The notes: generated from the letters alone by a model not told the origin. Counted from the stretch's first letter, positions 31,313 to 40,045 are shown. The stretch: 64,000 nucleotides of DNA from Caulobacter sp. (GCF_017744445.1 NZ_JAGIBH010000007.1:118358-182357), one strand, 5' to 3'. Translations and numbers: made by a program.

Positions 31313-33245
31313 GACGCGGACGGGCGGGGGCGCGCCGTCGCCCGACGCTTCCAAGACACGCAAGTTGAAAGTCTCCGAGGGCGTCGCGATCGGCGCCCTC
31401 GTTACTTTGGTGCTGGCCGAAGTCGTCGCCTTCGGGGCCAGCGACGTGGCGGTGGCCGCCGTCTTCGGCGCTCTGCAAGCGGCCCTGCTGCTGGGTCTGT
31501 TGGCCTTCTGTGGTTGGGCCCGCAAGCTGCCCGGCAATCTCATCTCCATCTGGCCCAGCCTGATGTTCCTGGCCGTGCTGGTCGCGACCGCCTGGAGCCT
31601 GACCTCGTTCGGTCCCGGCGGCGCCCATCCGGTCTGGGCCTATGTCGGCCCGCATGGCGGTTCGATCACGGTCGACCGCTCGTCCCTGCTGCTGAACCTC
31701 CTGCGCCTGATCGGCCTGGCCTGCCTGTTCCTGGCCGCCCAGATCATCGGCGCCTCGGAAAGTCGCCGGCGGATTATGATCTGGTGGCTTCTGCTCGGCC
31801 TGGGCGCCTATGCGGCCCTGGCCATCATCGACCATGTCAGCCTGCGCGCCGGTCGCCGCCTGGTCGGCACCCTGCTCAGCCCTAACAGCGCCGCGACCCT
31901 GATGGGCATCGGCGTCGTCTTCGGCGCGACCTTCTTCTCGCAGGCGCTGCAACGGGCCGGCGGCTCGCTGCGGCTGGAGCGCTTGGGGCTGGACGCCAGC
32001 CTTAGCCTGGGCTTGACCGCTGTGTTCGGCGTCGCCCTGGCCATGACAGCGTCGCGCGGCGGCATCTTCGCCACGGTCGTGGGCCTGGCCATCCTACTGA
32101 CCTGGCAGGTCATCGCCCAGGGTCGCAAGGCGCGGACCATCGCCATCATCGGCGGGGCCGCCGCCCTGCTGGTCGTGGTCGGGGTGGCCATGCGCAGCGC
32201 CGAGCTGACGGCCGCGCGCCTGGAGAACCTGGATAACGACGTCGCCGTCCGCCAGATGATCTTCACGACCCACTGGGAGGCCTTCAAGACCTCGCCGTGG
32301 TTCGGGTTCGGCCTGGGCTCGTTCCCGGTCGTGAACCAGCTCTTCACCAACACCGACAATCTGCGCGTCCTTTTCGACGTCCGCGCCACCCACAACCTCT
32401 ATCTCCAATGGCTGGAGGAGGGGGGCATCGTCGGTAGCGTCTTCATGCTGGCCTGGCTGCTGGTCACGCTGTGGCGCGTCGGCGCCGAAGGGGTGAAGCC
32501 CGGCACGATTGGGGCCCTGGCTCGCGCGACCATCGCCGCGATGGTCCTGGTGCTGCTGCACGGCCTGTCGGACTTCGCCGTCCAGGTGCCGGCCCTGCAG
32601 GCCGTGTTCGCCGTGGGTCTGGGCGCCATGACCGCCACGGCCCCGCTGCGTCGTCGCGGCGCCAAGCCGACGACGCCGTGGGGCACGATCGCCTTCTCGA
32701 GCGTCGCTCTTCTGCTCTCGATCCTCGTCGCCACCCCGCTGGTCGCGGCGCGGTTCGGCGGCGACCTCTCGGCCATGCCCACCGCTTCCGCTGAAGTCCT
32801 GGCCACCAGCATCGAGGCGGGTCTGAACCGCAACGACGCCGATCCGGCCGCCAAGGCGCGCCTGGCGGCCCTGAGCCAACGCGAAGTCGCCATGCGTCCG
32901 GGCTCGGGCGCGGCGTGGTTGCGCAAGGCGGCCGTGGACTTCCAGCGTAACGACGTCACCGCCGCCAATGAGGCGCTCGCGCACTCGCTGTCGGTCGCGC
33001 CGCTGCAGACCAGCCTGTTCGTGAGCCGCGCCCGGCTGGCCTACGAAAACTGGCCGGCCCTGACCCCCGACGTGCGCCAGCAGGTCATGTACCAGGTGCG
33101 CGCGGAGTACGGGCGGCGTGGCGAACGGCCCCTAGCGATCCTGGCCAACAGCCTGAAGAACCCGTCGGGCCGCATGGGCCTGGCCTTCCTGATCGTGGCC
33201 GAGCGCAACACTCGCGCCCTGGCCAAGCTGCAGCCGACCCAGTAA
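31302..33245 (+). CDS. O-antigen ligase/polymerase-like (Wzy_C) multi-pass membrane protein with soluble C-terminal extension
   Basis: 647 aa with ~11 hydrophobic segments. The Wzy_C-like loop is ATHNLYLQWLEEGGIVG. The C-terminal ~170 aa is helical-repeat-like. It overlaps the kinase gene by 11 nt. Confidence 0.8.
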   Translation: MRTRTRTGGGAPSPDASKTRKLKVSEGVAIGALVTLVLAEVVAFGASDVAVAAVFGALQAALLLGLLAFCGWARKLPGNLISIWPSLMFLAVLVATAWSLTSFGPGGAHPVWAYVGPHGGSITVDRSSLLLNLLRLIGLACLFLAAQIIGASESRRRIMIWWLLLGLGAYAALAIIDHVSLRAGRRLVGTLLSPNSAATLMGIGVVFGATFFSQALQRAGGSLRLERLGLDASLSLGLTAVFGVALAMTASRGGIFATVVGLAILLTWQVIAQGRKARTIAIIGGAAALLVVVGVAMRSAELTAARLENLDNDVAVRQMIFTTHWEAFKTSPWFGFGLGSFPVVNQLFTNTDNLRVLFDVRATHNLYLQWLEEGGIVGSVFMLAWLLVTLWRVGAEGVKPGTIGALARATIAAMVLVLLHGLSDFAVQVPALQAVFAVGLGAMTATAPLRRRGAKPTTPWGTIAFSSVALLLSILVATPLVAARFGGDLSAMPTASAEVLATSIEAGLNRNDADPAAKARLAALSQREVAMRPGSGAAWLRKAAVDFQRNDVTAANEALAHSLSVAPLQTSLFVSRARLAYENWPALTPDVRQQVMYQVRAEYGRRGERPLAILANSLKNPSGRMGLAFLIVAERNTRALAKLQPTQ

Positions 33246-33258
33246 GGCGCGACCGCGC

Positions 33259-34014
33259 CTAGTAGGCGTTGTCCGTGACCAGCAGGCTGGGAATAGTCAG
33301 CAGGACGATCTTGGCGTCCTTCAGGATCGACCAGGTCTGGATGTAGTCGATATCGGCCTCGACCCGCCGGCGCATGGCCTCGACCGTTTCGGTGCCGCCG
33401 CGCAGCCCCTTGACCTGAGCCCAGCCGGTCAGGCCCGGCCGGGCCTGGTAGCGGGCGTAATATTCCGGGATCCGCATGCCGTAATAGTCGTCATGGGCGG
33501 CCGCATGCGGGCGGGGACCGACCAACGACATGTCTCCGCGCAGCACATTCAGCAGCTGCGGCAGTTCGTCGATGCTGGTGGCGCGCAGGATGCGTCCGAT
33601 GCGGGTGACGCGGTTGTCGCCGCGCTGGGCCTGGACCAGGTCGGGCCCGTCCTCGCGGCAGTGCATGGTGCGAAGTTTCAGGATCTGGAACCGCCCGCCG
33701 GCCAGGCCGCCGCGGGTCTGCCGGAAGAGGGCGGGGCCAGGCGACTCGAGCTTGATCAGCAGGGCCGCCAGCAGCAGCAGTGGCGCGAACAGGGCCAGCA
33801 GCAGCGCTGACGCAACGATATCAAGAGTGCGCTTGCGCAAGTCCACGGCAACCGGGGGGAGCGGTCTGCTCAATCCTGGCGCGAGAAGTTCGGTATACGA
33901 TCCCCCGTCCACCAGATCACCCTCGTATTTCCCCACCACGTCGCGGACTGGTTTCCAGTTCCGACGGCGCCACGCTAGCGCAAATGACTCACAGCGTCGC
34001 GGGGAAAAATCCAC
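33259..34014 (-). CDS. pssY: Polyprenyl-phosphate hexose-1-phosphate transferase (bacterial sugar transferase, initiating enzyme)
   Basis: 251 aa. KRTLDIVASALLLALFAPLLLLAALLIKLESPGPALFRQTRGGLAGGRFQILKLRTM ... DELPQLLNVLRGDMSLVGPRP is the PF02397 pattern. The pssY symbol rests on recalled synteny: the sixth gene after gyrB in C. crescentus. The start codon is uncertain. Confidence 0.85.
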   Translation of the reverse strand: MDFSPRRCESFALAWRRRNWKPVRDVVGKYEGDLVDGGSYTELLAPGLSRPLPPVAVDLRKRTLDIVASALLLALFAPLLLLAALLIKLESPGPALFRQTRGGLAGGRFQILKLRTMHCREDGPDLVQAQRGDNRVTRIGRILRATSIDELPQLLNVLRGDMSLVGPRPHAAAHDDYYGMRIPEYYARYQARPGLTGWAQVKGLRGGTETVEAMRRRVEADIDYIQTWSILKDAKIVLLTIPSLLVTDNAY

Positions 34015-34111
34015 AACCCGGCGGCTGTATGCTTAACGTGTAATAGACTCTGTTTATTCAGGCGTCCTTATTTGTAGTGACGTTACATCGGGGCATCAGG
34101 AGTGCTGCTCG

Positions 34112-34264
34112 ATGATCGACGCCAAGATGTCCTTCGCCCAGATTGAAGTCGCGCCAGCTACGCGCGGCAAGCGCCTGCCGCCCCTCGTCGGGTTGGGCCT
34201 GGGCGCCATGGTCTCGATCGGCCTGTGGGCCGGCTTGGCCCTGACGGTCTCGCACCTCTTCTAA
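34112..34264 (+). CDS. Possible 50-aa tail-anchored membrane peptide inside the capsule locus
   Basis: Below the track cutoff. My translation is MIDAKMSFAQIEVAPATRGKRLPPLVGLGLGAMVSIGLWAGLALTVSHLF, with CAGGAG 9 nt upstream. It is divergent from the pssY-like gene. Confidence 0.3.
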   Translation: MIDAKMSFAQIEVAPATRGKRLPPLVGLGLGAMVSIGLWAGLALTVSHLF

Positions 34265-34384
34265 GATTTACGCCGGGCGGTTCGACCGCCAGACGAACAT
34301 TCGACTTTCGCGCCCGCTCCGGTCCGTCCGGGGCGGGCGCGAACGCATTCGAGGATCGGTTTTCGGGGCTGGGTTTCGAGCAAG

Positions 34385-34416
34385 GAAAAGCCCCGGACCT
34401 CGGGTCCGGGGCTTTG
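34385..34416 (-). terminator. Rho-independent terminator of the BTLCP gene
   Basis: 11-bp stem AGCCCCGGACC / GGTCCGGGGCT with a 3-nt loop. A minus-strand tail CTTTTCCTTG follows. It lies ~40 nt after the stop at 34453. Confidence 0.7.
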
Positions 34417-34452
34417 GTCGTCGATCGGGGGAGCGATCGGACGAGTATCTGA

Positions 34453-35292
34453 TCAGACCGTGGTCCAGAGGGCGGTGCCCGGGACCTGACGCTGAACCCA
34501 GCGGTAGTTCAGGTCTTCCCAAGGCGTGGCCCAGGGGGTCAGGTTGTCCAGCACCATGTCGCCGCTCTTCAGCGAGATCATCAGCACCGCGTGGCTTTCG
34601 CCGCGGGCGGTGACGGCGACGGCCAGCGACATCGCCGCTTCCGGAACGCCAGCCGCGATCAGGCGGCGGCGCTTTTCCAGGGCGTAGTCCTCGCAGTCGC
34701 CATACAGCTTGCCGTCGATCAGGCGGGGCAGCGACCAGTATTCGGGCATGCCGTACAGATCCAGGTCGCTGGCCTTCTTGACCTCGCGGTTCACCGTTTG
34801 GTTGACCAGGTTCAGAAGCTTCATCTGGTCGCGTTGGTCGCGCGTGCTCCAGGCCGACGGGGCCGGTTCGGCGGCGGCCATCTGCACCGGGGCGGCTTCG
34901 GCGTCAGAAGCCGTCAAGCTGGGCGCGCCGGCGGCGACGAAGTCTTCGACCTCGGCCACCACGATGGCTTGCAGGCTGTTAACGGAAACCAGGTTCAGAC
35001 CGTCGTCCTCGGTCGCGGTCTCGGTGGTCTGGGCGACATGGTGCGGGGCGACGGCGCCGATCGACGAGGTCGGGGCGAAGCTGGCGCGCGGGCCCAGGCC
35101 CATCAGGGCCAGCTGGCTGCTCGGCAGACCACAGGTCTGGGTGTCGCGACGGCACAGTTCGGCAAAGCCCATAGGGGCCTGGACGCCTTCGCCGCGCGGC
35201 TGGAACGGCATCGAGCCGGCCTGGGCGTTGGCGCCGGTCATCATCGCGGCGGCGCTGATGATTCCGATAACAATGTTGCGCGTGTTGAACAT
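34453..35292 (-). CDS. hvyA: Periplasmic bacterial transglutaminase-like cysteine protease (BTLCP, LapG/PF06035 family)
   Basis: 279 aa. The signal peptide is MFNTRNIVIGIISAAAMMTGANAQA. The catalytic-type motifs are GDCEDYA (Cys), ESHAVL (His) and LDN (Asp). A ~90-aa Ala/Glu-rich insert sits between the conserved N-terminal Cys region and the core. The hvyA symbol is inferred from its position next to pssY in a Caulobacter capsule locus. Confidence 0.8.
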   Translation of the reverse strand: MFNTRNIVIGIISAAAMMTGANAQAGSMPFQPRGEGVQAPMGFAELCRRDTQTCGLPSSQLALMGLGPRASFAPTSSIGAVAPHHVAQTTETATEDDGLNLVSVNSLQAIVVAEVEDFVAAGAPSLTASDAEAAPVQMAAAEPAPSAWSTRDQRDQMKLLNLVNQTVNREVKKASDLDLYGMPEYWSLPRLIDGKLYGDCEDYALEKRRRLIAAGVPEAAMSLAVAVTARGESHAVLMISLKSGDMVLDNLTPWATPWEDLNYRWVQRQVPGTALWTTV

Positions 35293-35383
35293 GCTGACCC
35301 CGCTGTGTTCGTGGGGTCAGTATTCATTCGGGCGCCGAATTTGAGCTGAATTTAGATGGTTTAATTCAAATATTGAACCGTGG

Positions 35384-35399
35384 TTATTTCGGAATTAAC
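35384..35399 (+). promoter_or_regulatory. Near-consensus CtrA-type box TTAT-N7-TTAAC in the AT-rich hvyA/phosphatase divergent promoter
   Basis: Read directly: gTTATttcggaaTTAACt, one mismatch to TTAA-N7-TTAAC. The surrounding 120 nt (35341-35460) are 31% GC by my count. Confidence 0.35.
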
Positions 35400-35553
35400 T
35401 CAAATGACAACTAAATATACTTGGTAAATTGCAAGAAAAGGATCGTCCTAAATTGTAGGTTAACGCTCGCGGTCGCCGTTGAACCGCGCCGCTACCTGGG
35501 GCAAAATCAGGGAGTTCCAGTCCCGGCGACCTTTCGCCGCTTCGGCGAGTGCG

Positions 35554-36342
35554 ATGTTCAAATCCCTGTTCCGTCCCAAGCAACAGCCCCGCCGCGCCTC
35601 GTCCACCGAGGGCCGTGTGGTTTACGCCGTGGGTGATGTTCACGGCCGGCTGGACCTGCTGGACGGCCTGATCGAGCGGATGACCGAGGACTATCGCGCC
35701 ACCGGCCGCCAGGATCCGCCGGTGCTGGTGATGCTGGGCGACTATGTCGATCGCGGCGCCCAGTCATCGCAGGTGATCGACCGCCTGATCTCGCTGAAGG
35801 CGCAAGGCGCCGAGGGGCGCTTCGAATTCCGCGCCCTGATGGGCAATCACGAAGAGACCCTGCTGCACTTCCTGGACGACCCGATGGCCGGGCCGTCGTG
35901 GGTGGAATACGGCGGTGGCGAGACCATGGCCTCGTACGGCGTCCAGCGTCCCGTCGGCCGCGCCGAGCCCGAGGTGTGGGAACAGACCCGCCAGGCCTTC
36001 CGCGCCGCCTTCCCGCCGGCCCACGAGATGTTCCTCAAGCAGCTGGAGCTGCTGGTCGTCTATGGCGACTACGTCTTCGTCCACGCGGGCGTGAAGCCTG
36101 GCCTGCCGCTGGAGCGCCAGACGGCCGCCGACCTGCTGTGGATCCGCAACGAATTCCTCGATAACCCGCACGGCCTGCAGGCCACGGTGGTTCACGGCCA
36201 CACGCCCACCGAAGAGGTGTTCGTCGGCCGCCAGCGGATCAATGTCGACACCGGCGCCTATGCGACCGGCGTTCTGACCGCCGTTAGACTTGATGGCGGC
36301 GAGCCGAAGATCATTCAGTTCAGTAAAGCGCGAGTGAGCTGA
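35554..36342 (+). CDS. PPP-family metallophosphoesterase (PrpA/lambda-phosphatase-like Ser/Thr/Tyr protein phosphatase)
   Basis: The track ORF is trimmed to the ATG at 35554 (262 aa). The ordered motifs GDVHG, GDYVDRG, GNHE and VHGH are present. Confidence 0.85.
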   Translation: MFKSLFRPKQQPRRASSTEGRVVYAVGDVHGRLDLLDGLIERMTEDYRATGRQDPPVLVMLGDYVDRGAQSSQVIDRLISLKAQGAEGRFEFRALMGNHEETLLHFLDDPMAGPSWVEYGGGETMASYGVQRPVGRAEPEVWEQTRQAFRAAFPPAHEMFLKQLELLVVYGDYVFVHAGVKPGLPLERQTAADLLWIRNEFLDNPHGLQATVVHGHTPTEEVFVGRQRINVDTGAYATGVLTAVRLDGGEPKIIQFSKARVS

Positions 36343-36429
36343 GACTTCGCCTTGTTCATCTCGCGGTCACGTGCGATGTGGCATTTCAACTTCCAAGATC
36401 GACAAGTCACTAAGGTGAGAAGCTTCGCC

Positions 36430-37029
36430 ATGATCGGTGTCTCGAAACTCTCGCGCGCGCTGGCGATGCTGGCCCTGGCCGTCAGCGTGATGGTCGGCGC
36501 TTCGACCGGAGAGGCCCGCGCCCAGCAGGCCGCGATCGGCAACACGCCGGTCAGCGCGGCGGCCCAGCCGGCCGACTACCTGCTCGGCCCGGCCGACAAG
36601 GTGCGGGTGACGGTGTACGGCGAGCCCTCGCTGTCGGGCGAGTTCTTCATCTCGGGCAGCGGCGTGATGTCCCTGCCGCTGATCGGTGAGATCAAGGCCG
36701 GCGGCATGACCCTGGGCCAGTTCCAGACCGCCGTGCAAAAGTCGCTCAGCGACGGCTATCTGAAGGATCCGCGCGTCAGCGCCGAGGTCCTGACCTTCCG
36801 TCCGTTCTACATCCTGGGCGAGGTCGAGAAGCCGGGCACCTATCCCTATACCGCGGGCCTCACCGTGCTGAACGCCGTGGCCACCGCCGGCGGCTTCACC
36901 TATCGCGCCGACAAGAAAAACGTCTGGATCAAGCACAACGGCGAGACCACCGAGCAGAAGTCCGAGCTGACCCCGTCGATCGTGGTCGCCCCGGGCGACA
37001 CCATCCGCCTGGGCGAGCGCTTCTTCTAA
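36430..37029 (+). CDS. Polysaccharide export protein (Wza/OPX family, short form)
   Basis: The track ORF is trimmed to the ATG at 36430 (AAGGTGAG upstream). It has a signal peptide. YLLGPADKVRVTVYGEPSLSGEFFISGSGVMSLPLIGEIKAGGMT is the Poly_export motif, followed by an SLBB-like segment. Confidence 0.88.
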   Translation: MIGVSKLSRALAMLALAVSVMVGASTGEARAQQAAIGNTPVSAAAQPADYLLGPADKVRVTVYGEPSLSGEFFISGSGVMSLPLIGEIKAGGMTLGQFQTAVQKSLSDGYLKDPRVSAEVLTFRPFYILGEVEKPGTYPYTAGLTVLNAVATAGGFTYRADKKNVWIKHNGETTEQKSELTPSIVVAPGDTIRLGERFF

Positions 37030-37050
37030 GCTTTCTCGCCGAGCGATGCG

Positions 37051-37090
37051 AAAAGAGGCCCGGCGGACATCCGCCGGGCCTTCTTCGTTT
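37051..37090 (+). terminator. Rho-independent terminator closing the capsule locus
   Basis: AGGCCCGGCGG-ACAT-CCGCCGGGCCT, followed by TCTTCGTTTC. Confidence 0.75.
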
Positions 37091-37145
37091 CAGCGCGCCT
37101 GAGCTAGGCCGAGCCTGGTCCAGAAGATCTGATTTTCAGGAGAAA

Positions 37146-37222
37146 TGGCGCACCCGACACGATTCGAACGTGTGACCTTTGCCTTCGGAGGGCAACGCTC
37201 TATCCAGCTGAGCTACGGGTGC
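37146..37222 (-). tRNA. tRNA-Arg (anticodon CCG)
   Basis: The reverse complement reads GCACCCGTAGCTCAGCTGGATAGAGCGTTGCCCTCCGAAGGCAAAGGTCACACGTTCGAATCGTGTCGGGTGCGCCA. It folds as a cloverleaf: acceptor GCACCCG/CGGGTGC, anticodon stem TTGCC/GGCAA with loop CTCCGAA, T-loop GTTCGAATC, and an encoded CCA. Confidence 0.93.
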
Positions 37223-37288
37223 GTATCGCCCTGGTTGCCCAGGGCGGAAGCGGGTCTTAGCCGAAAGGCGGCCTATGCGCAAACGGGT

Positions 37289-38611
37289 TCACGCCGCCCC
37301 CATGTAGATGAAGCGGACCACGAAGAGGGCGGCCAGGACGAAGAGCAGCCAGTCGCCCGGCTTGGCCTGGCCGCGCACCAGCTTCAGCACGGCGAAGGCG
37401 GTGATGCCGAACGCGAGACCATTGGCGATCGAGAAGGTCAGCGGGATGGCGATCACCGTCAGGAAGGCGGGGATGGCCACGCCCGGGTCTTCCCAGTCGA
37501 TGTCGGCCAGGGCGCCGATCATCAGCGAGCCCACGATGATCAGGGCCGGGGCCGTGGCGGCGGCCGGGATGGCCTGGACCCAGGGGGCGAAGAACAGCGT
37601 TAGCAGGAAGAGCACGCCGACCACGATCGCCGTGAGGCCCGTGCGGCCGCCAGCGGCGACGCCGGAGGCGCTCTCGATATAGCTGGTCACGGTCGAGGTG
37701 CCGGCCAGGGAGCCGCCGATGGTGGCGATGCTGTCGGCGGTCAGGATGCGGTTCAGGCGCGGGATCGTGCCGTCCGGCTGGACCAGGCCGGCCTTCTTGG
37801 TCACCGCGACCAGGGTGCCGACATTGTCGAACAGGTCGACGAACAGGAAGACGAAGATCACCTCGGCCAGGGCCATGCCCATGCCGCCGTTCAGGTGCAG
37901 GGCGGCCGGGACGTCCAGCTTGAAGGCGGTGGCGGTGAGGGCGGCCAGGCCCGACTCGCCGGGGACGATCTTGGCCAGGCCCAGCGCCCAGCCGGCGGCG
38001 GCGGCCACCAGGATGCCGATCAGGATCGCGCCCTTCACCCGCCAGGCCATCAGCCCGCCGATGATGACCAGGCCCAGGATGGCCAGGATCGCGGTCGGCT
38101 GGGTCAGGTCGCCCAGCGCCACCGTCGTGGCCGGATTGGCGACGATGATGCCGGCCTCCTTCAGGCCGATGAAGGCGATGAAGAGCCCGATGCCGGCGGC
38201 GATGGCCGAGAACAGCGGACGCGGGATCGCGCCGACGATCAGCTGGCGGATGCCCGCCACGGTCAGCACCAGGAAGGCGACGCCCGACAGGAAGACGCAG
38301 CCCAGGGCGGTCTCCCACGGCAGGCCCATGCCCTTGACGACGGTGAAGGTGAAATAGGCGTTCAGGCCCATGCCGGGGGCCAGGGCGATCGGGTAGTTGG
38401 CGATCAGCCCCATCAGGATCGAGCCCAGGCCGGCGGCCAGGCAGGTGGCGGCGGCGACGGCGGCGATCGGCATGCCGGTCTGGCCCAGGATCGCCGGATT
38501 GACGATCACGATATAGGCCATGGTCAGAAAGGTGGTGAAGCCGGCCAGCACCTCGGTGCGGACGCTGGTCCCCTGGGCTTTCAGCCCGAACTGCTTTTCC
38601 AGGAAACTCAT
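37289..38611 (-). CDS. NCS2/AzgA-family purine (adenine/guanine/hypoxanthine) permease
   Basis: 440 aa: [42 protein letters not shown], plus ~13 TM segments. Confidence 0.9.
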   Translation of the reverse strand: MSFLEKQFGLKAQGTSVRTEVLAGFTTFLTMAYIVIVNPAILGQTGMPIAAVAAATCLAAGLGSILMGLIANYPIALAPGMGLNAYFTFTVVKGMGLPWETALGCVFLSGVAFLVLTVAGIRQLIVGAIPRPLFSAIAAGIGLFIAFIGLKEAGIIVANPATTVALGDLTQPTAILAILGLVIIGGLMAWRVKGAILIGILVAAAAGWALGLAKIVPGESGLAALTATAFKLDVPAALHLNGGMGMALAEVIFVFLFVDLFDNVGTLVAVTKKAGLVQPDGTIPRLNRILTADSIATIGGSLAGTSTVTSYIESASGVAAGGRTGLTAIVVGVLFLLTLFFAPWVQAIPAAATAPALIIVGSLMIGALADIDWEDPGVAIPAFLTVIAIPLTFSIANGLAFGITAFAVLKLVRGQAKPGDWLLFVLAALFVVRFIYMGAA

Positions 38612-38681
38612 CTTACGCCCTTATCCCCGATCCGAAGCGGGAGTGTTGGCGAGGGGTTTCCTGGAAGGCAAGCGTCTACCG

Positions 38682-39644
38682 TCAGTCCTTGGTCGGATCG
38701 GCCGCGTTTGGGTCGCCATAGGTCAGGGCCAGGAAGACGTCTTCCAGATCCGGGTCTTCGGTGGCGATGTCCTTGATCTGGACGCCGGCGCCGCGGACCG
38801 CCGCCAGCACCTGCTCGACGCTGGACTGGCCCGTGCGATAGCTGACCTGGAAGGCGCCGCCGGCCCGCAGCTTGGTGTCGAAGCCCGCCAGGGCCGGGGC
38901 GGTCGTCACCGGCGTCTCGGGCGTGACCACGACGTTGCGGCTGTCCATGCGGCTGAGCAGCTTGGGCGTCGGTTCGCAGGCGACCACCTCGCCGCGATTG
39001 ACGATGGCGATCTCGTCGCACAGCTCCTGGGCCTCTTCCAGGTAGTGGGTGGTCAGGACGATCGTCACGCCCAATTCGTTGAGGCCCTTCACATAGTGCC
39101 AGAGCTGGCGGCGCAGCTCGACATCGACGCCGGCGGTCGGCTCGTCGAGGATCAGCACCGGCGGCTGGTGGACCATGGCTTTCGCCACCATCAGGCGACG
39201 CTTCATGCCGCCCGACAGCTGGCGGACATAGGCGTTGGCCTTGTCGCCCAGGCCCAGGGCGTTCAGCAGCTCGTCGGTGCGGCGCTCGTTCTTGGGCACG
39301 CCATAGAAGCCGGCCTGCACCTCCAGCGACTCGCGCGGGGTGAAGAAGACGTCGGCGGCCAGCTCCTGCGGCACCACGCCGATGGCGGCGCGGGCGTCGC
39401 GCGGTCGCTGGTCGATGTCGCGGTCCCAGATCTTCACCGTGCCCGAGCTCTTGCGCACCAGCCCGGCCAGGATGTTGATGAAGGTCGACTTGCCCGCGCC
39501 GTTGGGTCCCAGCAGGCCGAAGATCGAGCCGCGCGGGATCTTCAGGTCGACGCCGTTCAGCGCCTTCTTCTCCGGCGAGGTCTTGGTGGCGGCGTAGGTC
39601 TTGTACAGGCCTTCGGCCTCGATGGCGTAGGCGGGCAGGTCCAT
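38682..39644 (-). CDS. ABC transporter ATP-binding protein (ABC-2/YadG-like), no adjacent permease gene
   Basis: The track ORF is trimmed to the ATG at 39644 (320 aa). The Walker A is GLLGPNGAGKST, the signature is LSGGMKRR, and the Walker B is ILDEPTAGVD. Confidence 0.9.
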   Translation of the reverse strand: MDLPAYAIEAEGLYKTYAATKTSPEKKALNGVDLKIPRGSIFGLLGPNGAGKSTFINILAGLVRKSSGTVKIWDRDIDQRPRDARAAIGVVPQELAADVFFTPRESLEVQAGFYGVPKNERRTDELLNALGLGDKANAYVRQLSGGMKRRLMVAKAMVHQPPVLILDEPTAGVDVELRRQLWHYVKGLNELGVTIVLTTHYLEEAQELCDEIAIVNRGEVVACEPTPKLLSRMDSRNVVVTPETPVTTAPALAGFDTKLRAGGAFQVSYRTGQSSVEQVLAAVRGAGVQIKDIATEDPDLEDVFLALTYGDPNAADPTKD

Positions 39645-39774
39645 TGAGCGTCCAGATGGGGCTAGAAACGCCGGATGAGGCGCGCGTCGATTGACGGCGC
39701 CTTTCGGCGTCGCATAGGTATGCCTCGTTCGCGGCCGCGCCAAGGCCACGATCCGATTTAAGGACTCGCCGACA

Positions 39775-40044
39775 ATGGCCAAGACCCCCGCCACCGCTCC
39801 GACCGCCATGGACATCGACGCGATCGCCGGCGCCGCGCCGGAAACCATCGCCGTCCGCTCGCACCGCATCGCCTGCGACGGCGTCGGCGGAGCCCTGGGC
39901 CATCCGCGCGTGTGGCTGGAGATGGGCGCGGCCGGCTTCGTCGACTGCTCGTACTGCGACCGCCGCTTCGTGGCCGCGACCGGCGAGGGCGACGAGGACG
40001 AGCGCCTGGCCCCGGGCGTCTACGAAGGCGCCGGCGGCCACTAA
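39775..40044 (+). CDS. zf-CHCC zinc-finger protein (NDUFS6-like small protein)
   Basis: 89 aa: RIACDGVGGALGHPRVWLEMGAAGFVDCSYCDRRFV. Confidence 0.75.
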   Translation: MAKTPATAPTAMDIDAIAGAAPETIAVRSHRIACDGVGGALGHPRVWLEMGAAGFVDCSYCDRRFVAATGEGDEDERLAPGVYEGAGGH

Positions 40045-40045
40045 G

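Noticed and set aside
29198-31549. 783-aa minus-strand ORF opposite the BY-kinase gene. The same situation applies to 2611-4326(+), 22-975(+), 9374-11047(+), 17469-18773(-), 19329-20891(-), 41103-42494(-), 44951-46462(+), 46669-48420(-), 59744-61237(-) and 51744-53126(+).
   Set aside because: All are high-GC shadow ORFs opposite confidently identified genes. They have Arg/Gly/Ala/Pro-rich, motif-free translations.
27094-37222. Capsule locus as a tRNA-Arg-integrated genomic island
   Set aside because: The tRNA 3' end faces the locus. However, I could find no direct repeat of the tRNA 3' segment (CACCCGACACGATTCGAA) at the far boundary (26721-27093). There is no integrase, and GC content is native. 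It is therefore treated as a core locus.
38682-39644. Orphan ABC ATPase next to an NCS2 permease as an unusual hybrid transporter
   Set aside because: NCS2 carriers are secondary transporters with no need for an ATPase. YadG-type ATPases often have their ABC-2 permease encoded elsewhere or beyond an intervening gene. Adjacency alone is weak evidence.
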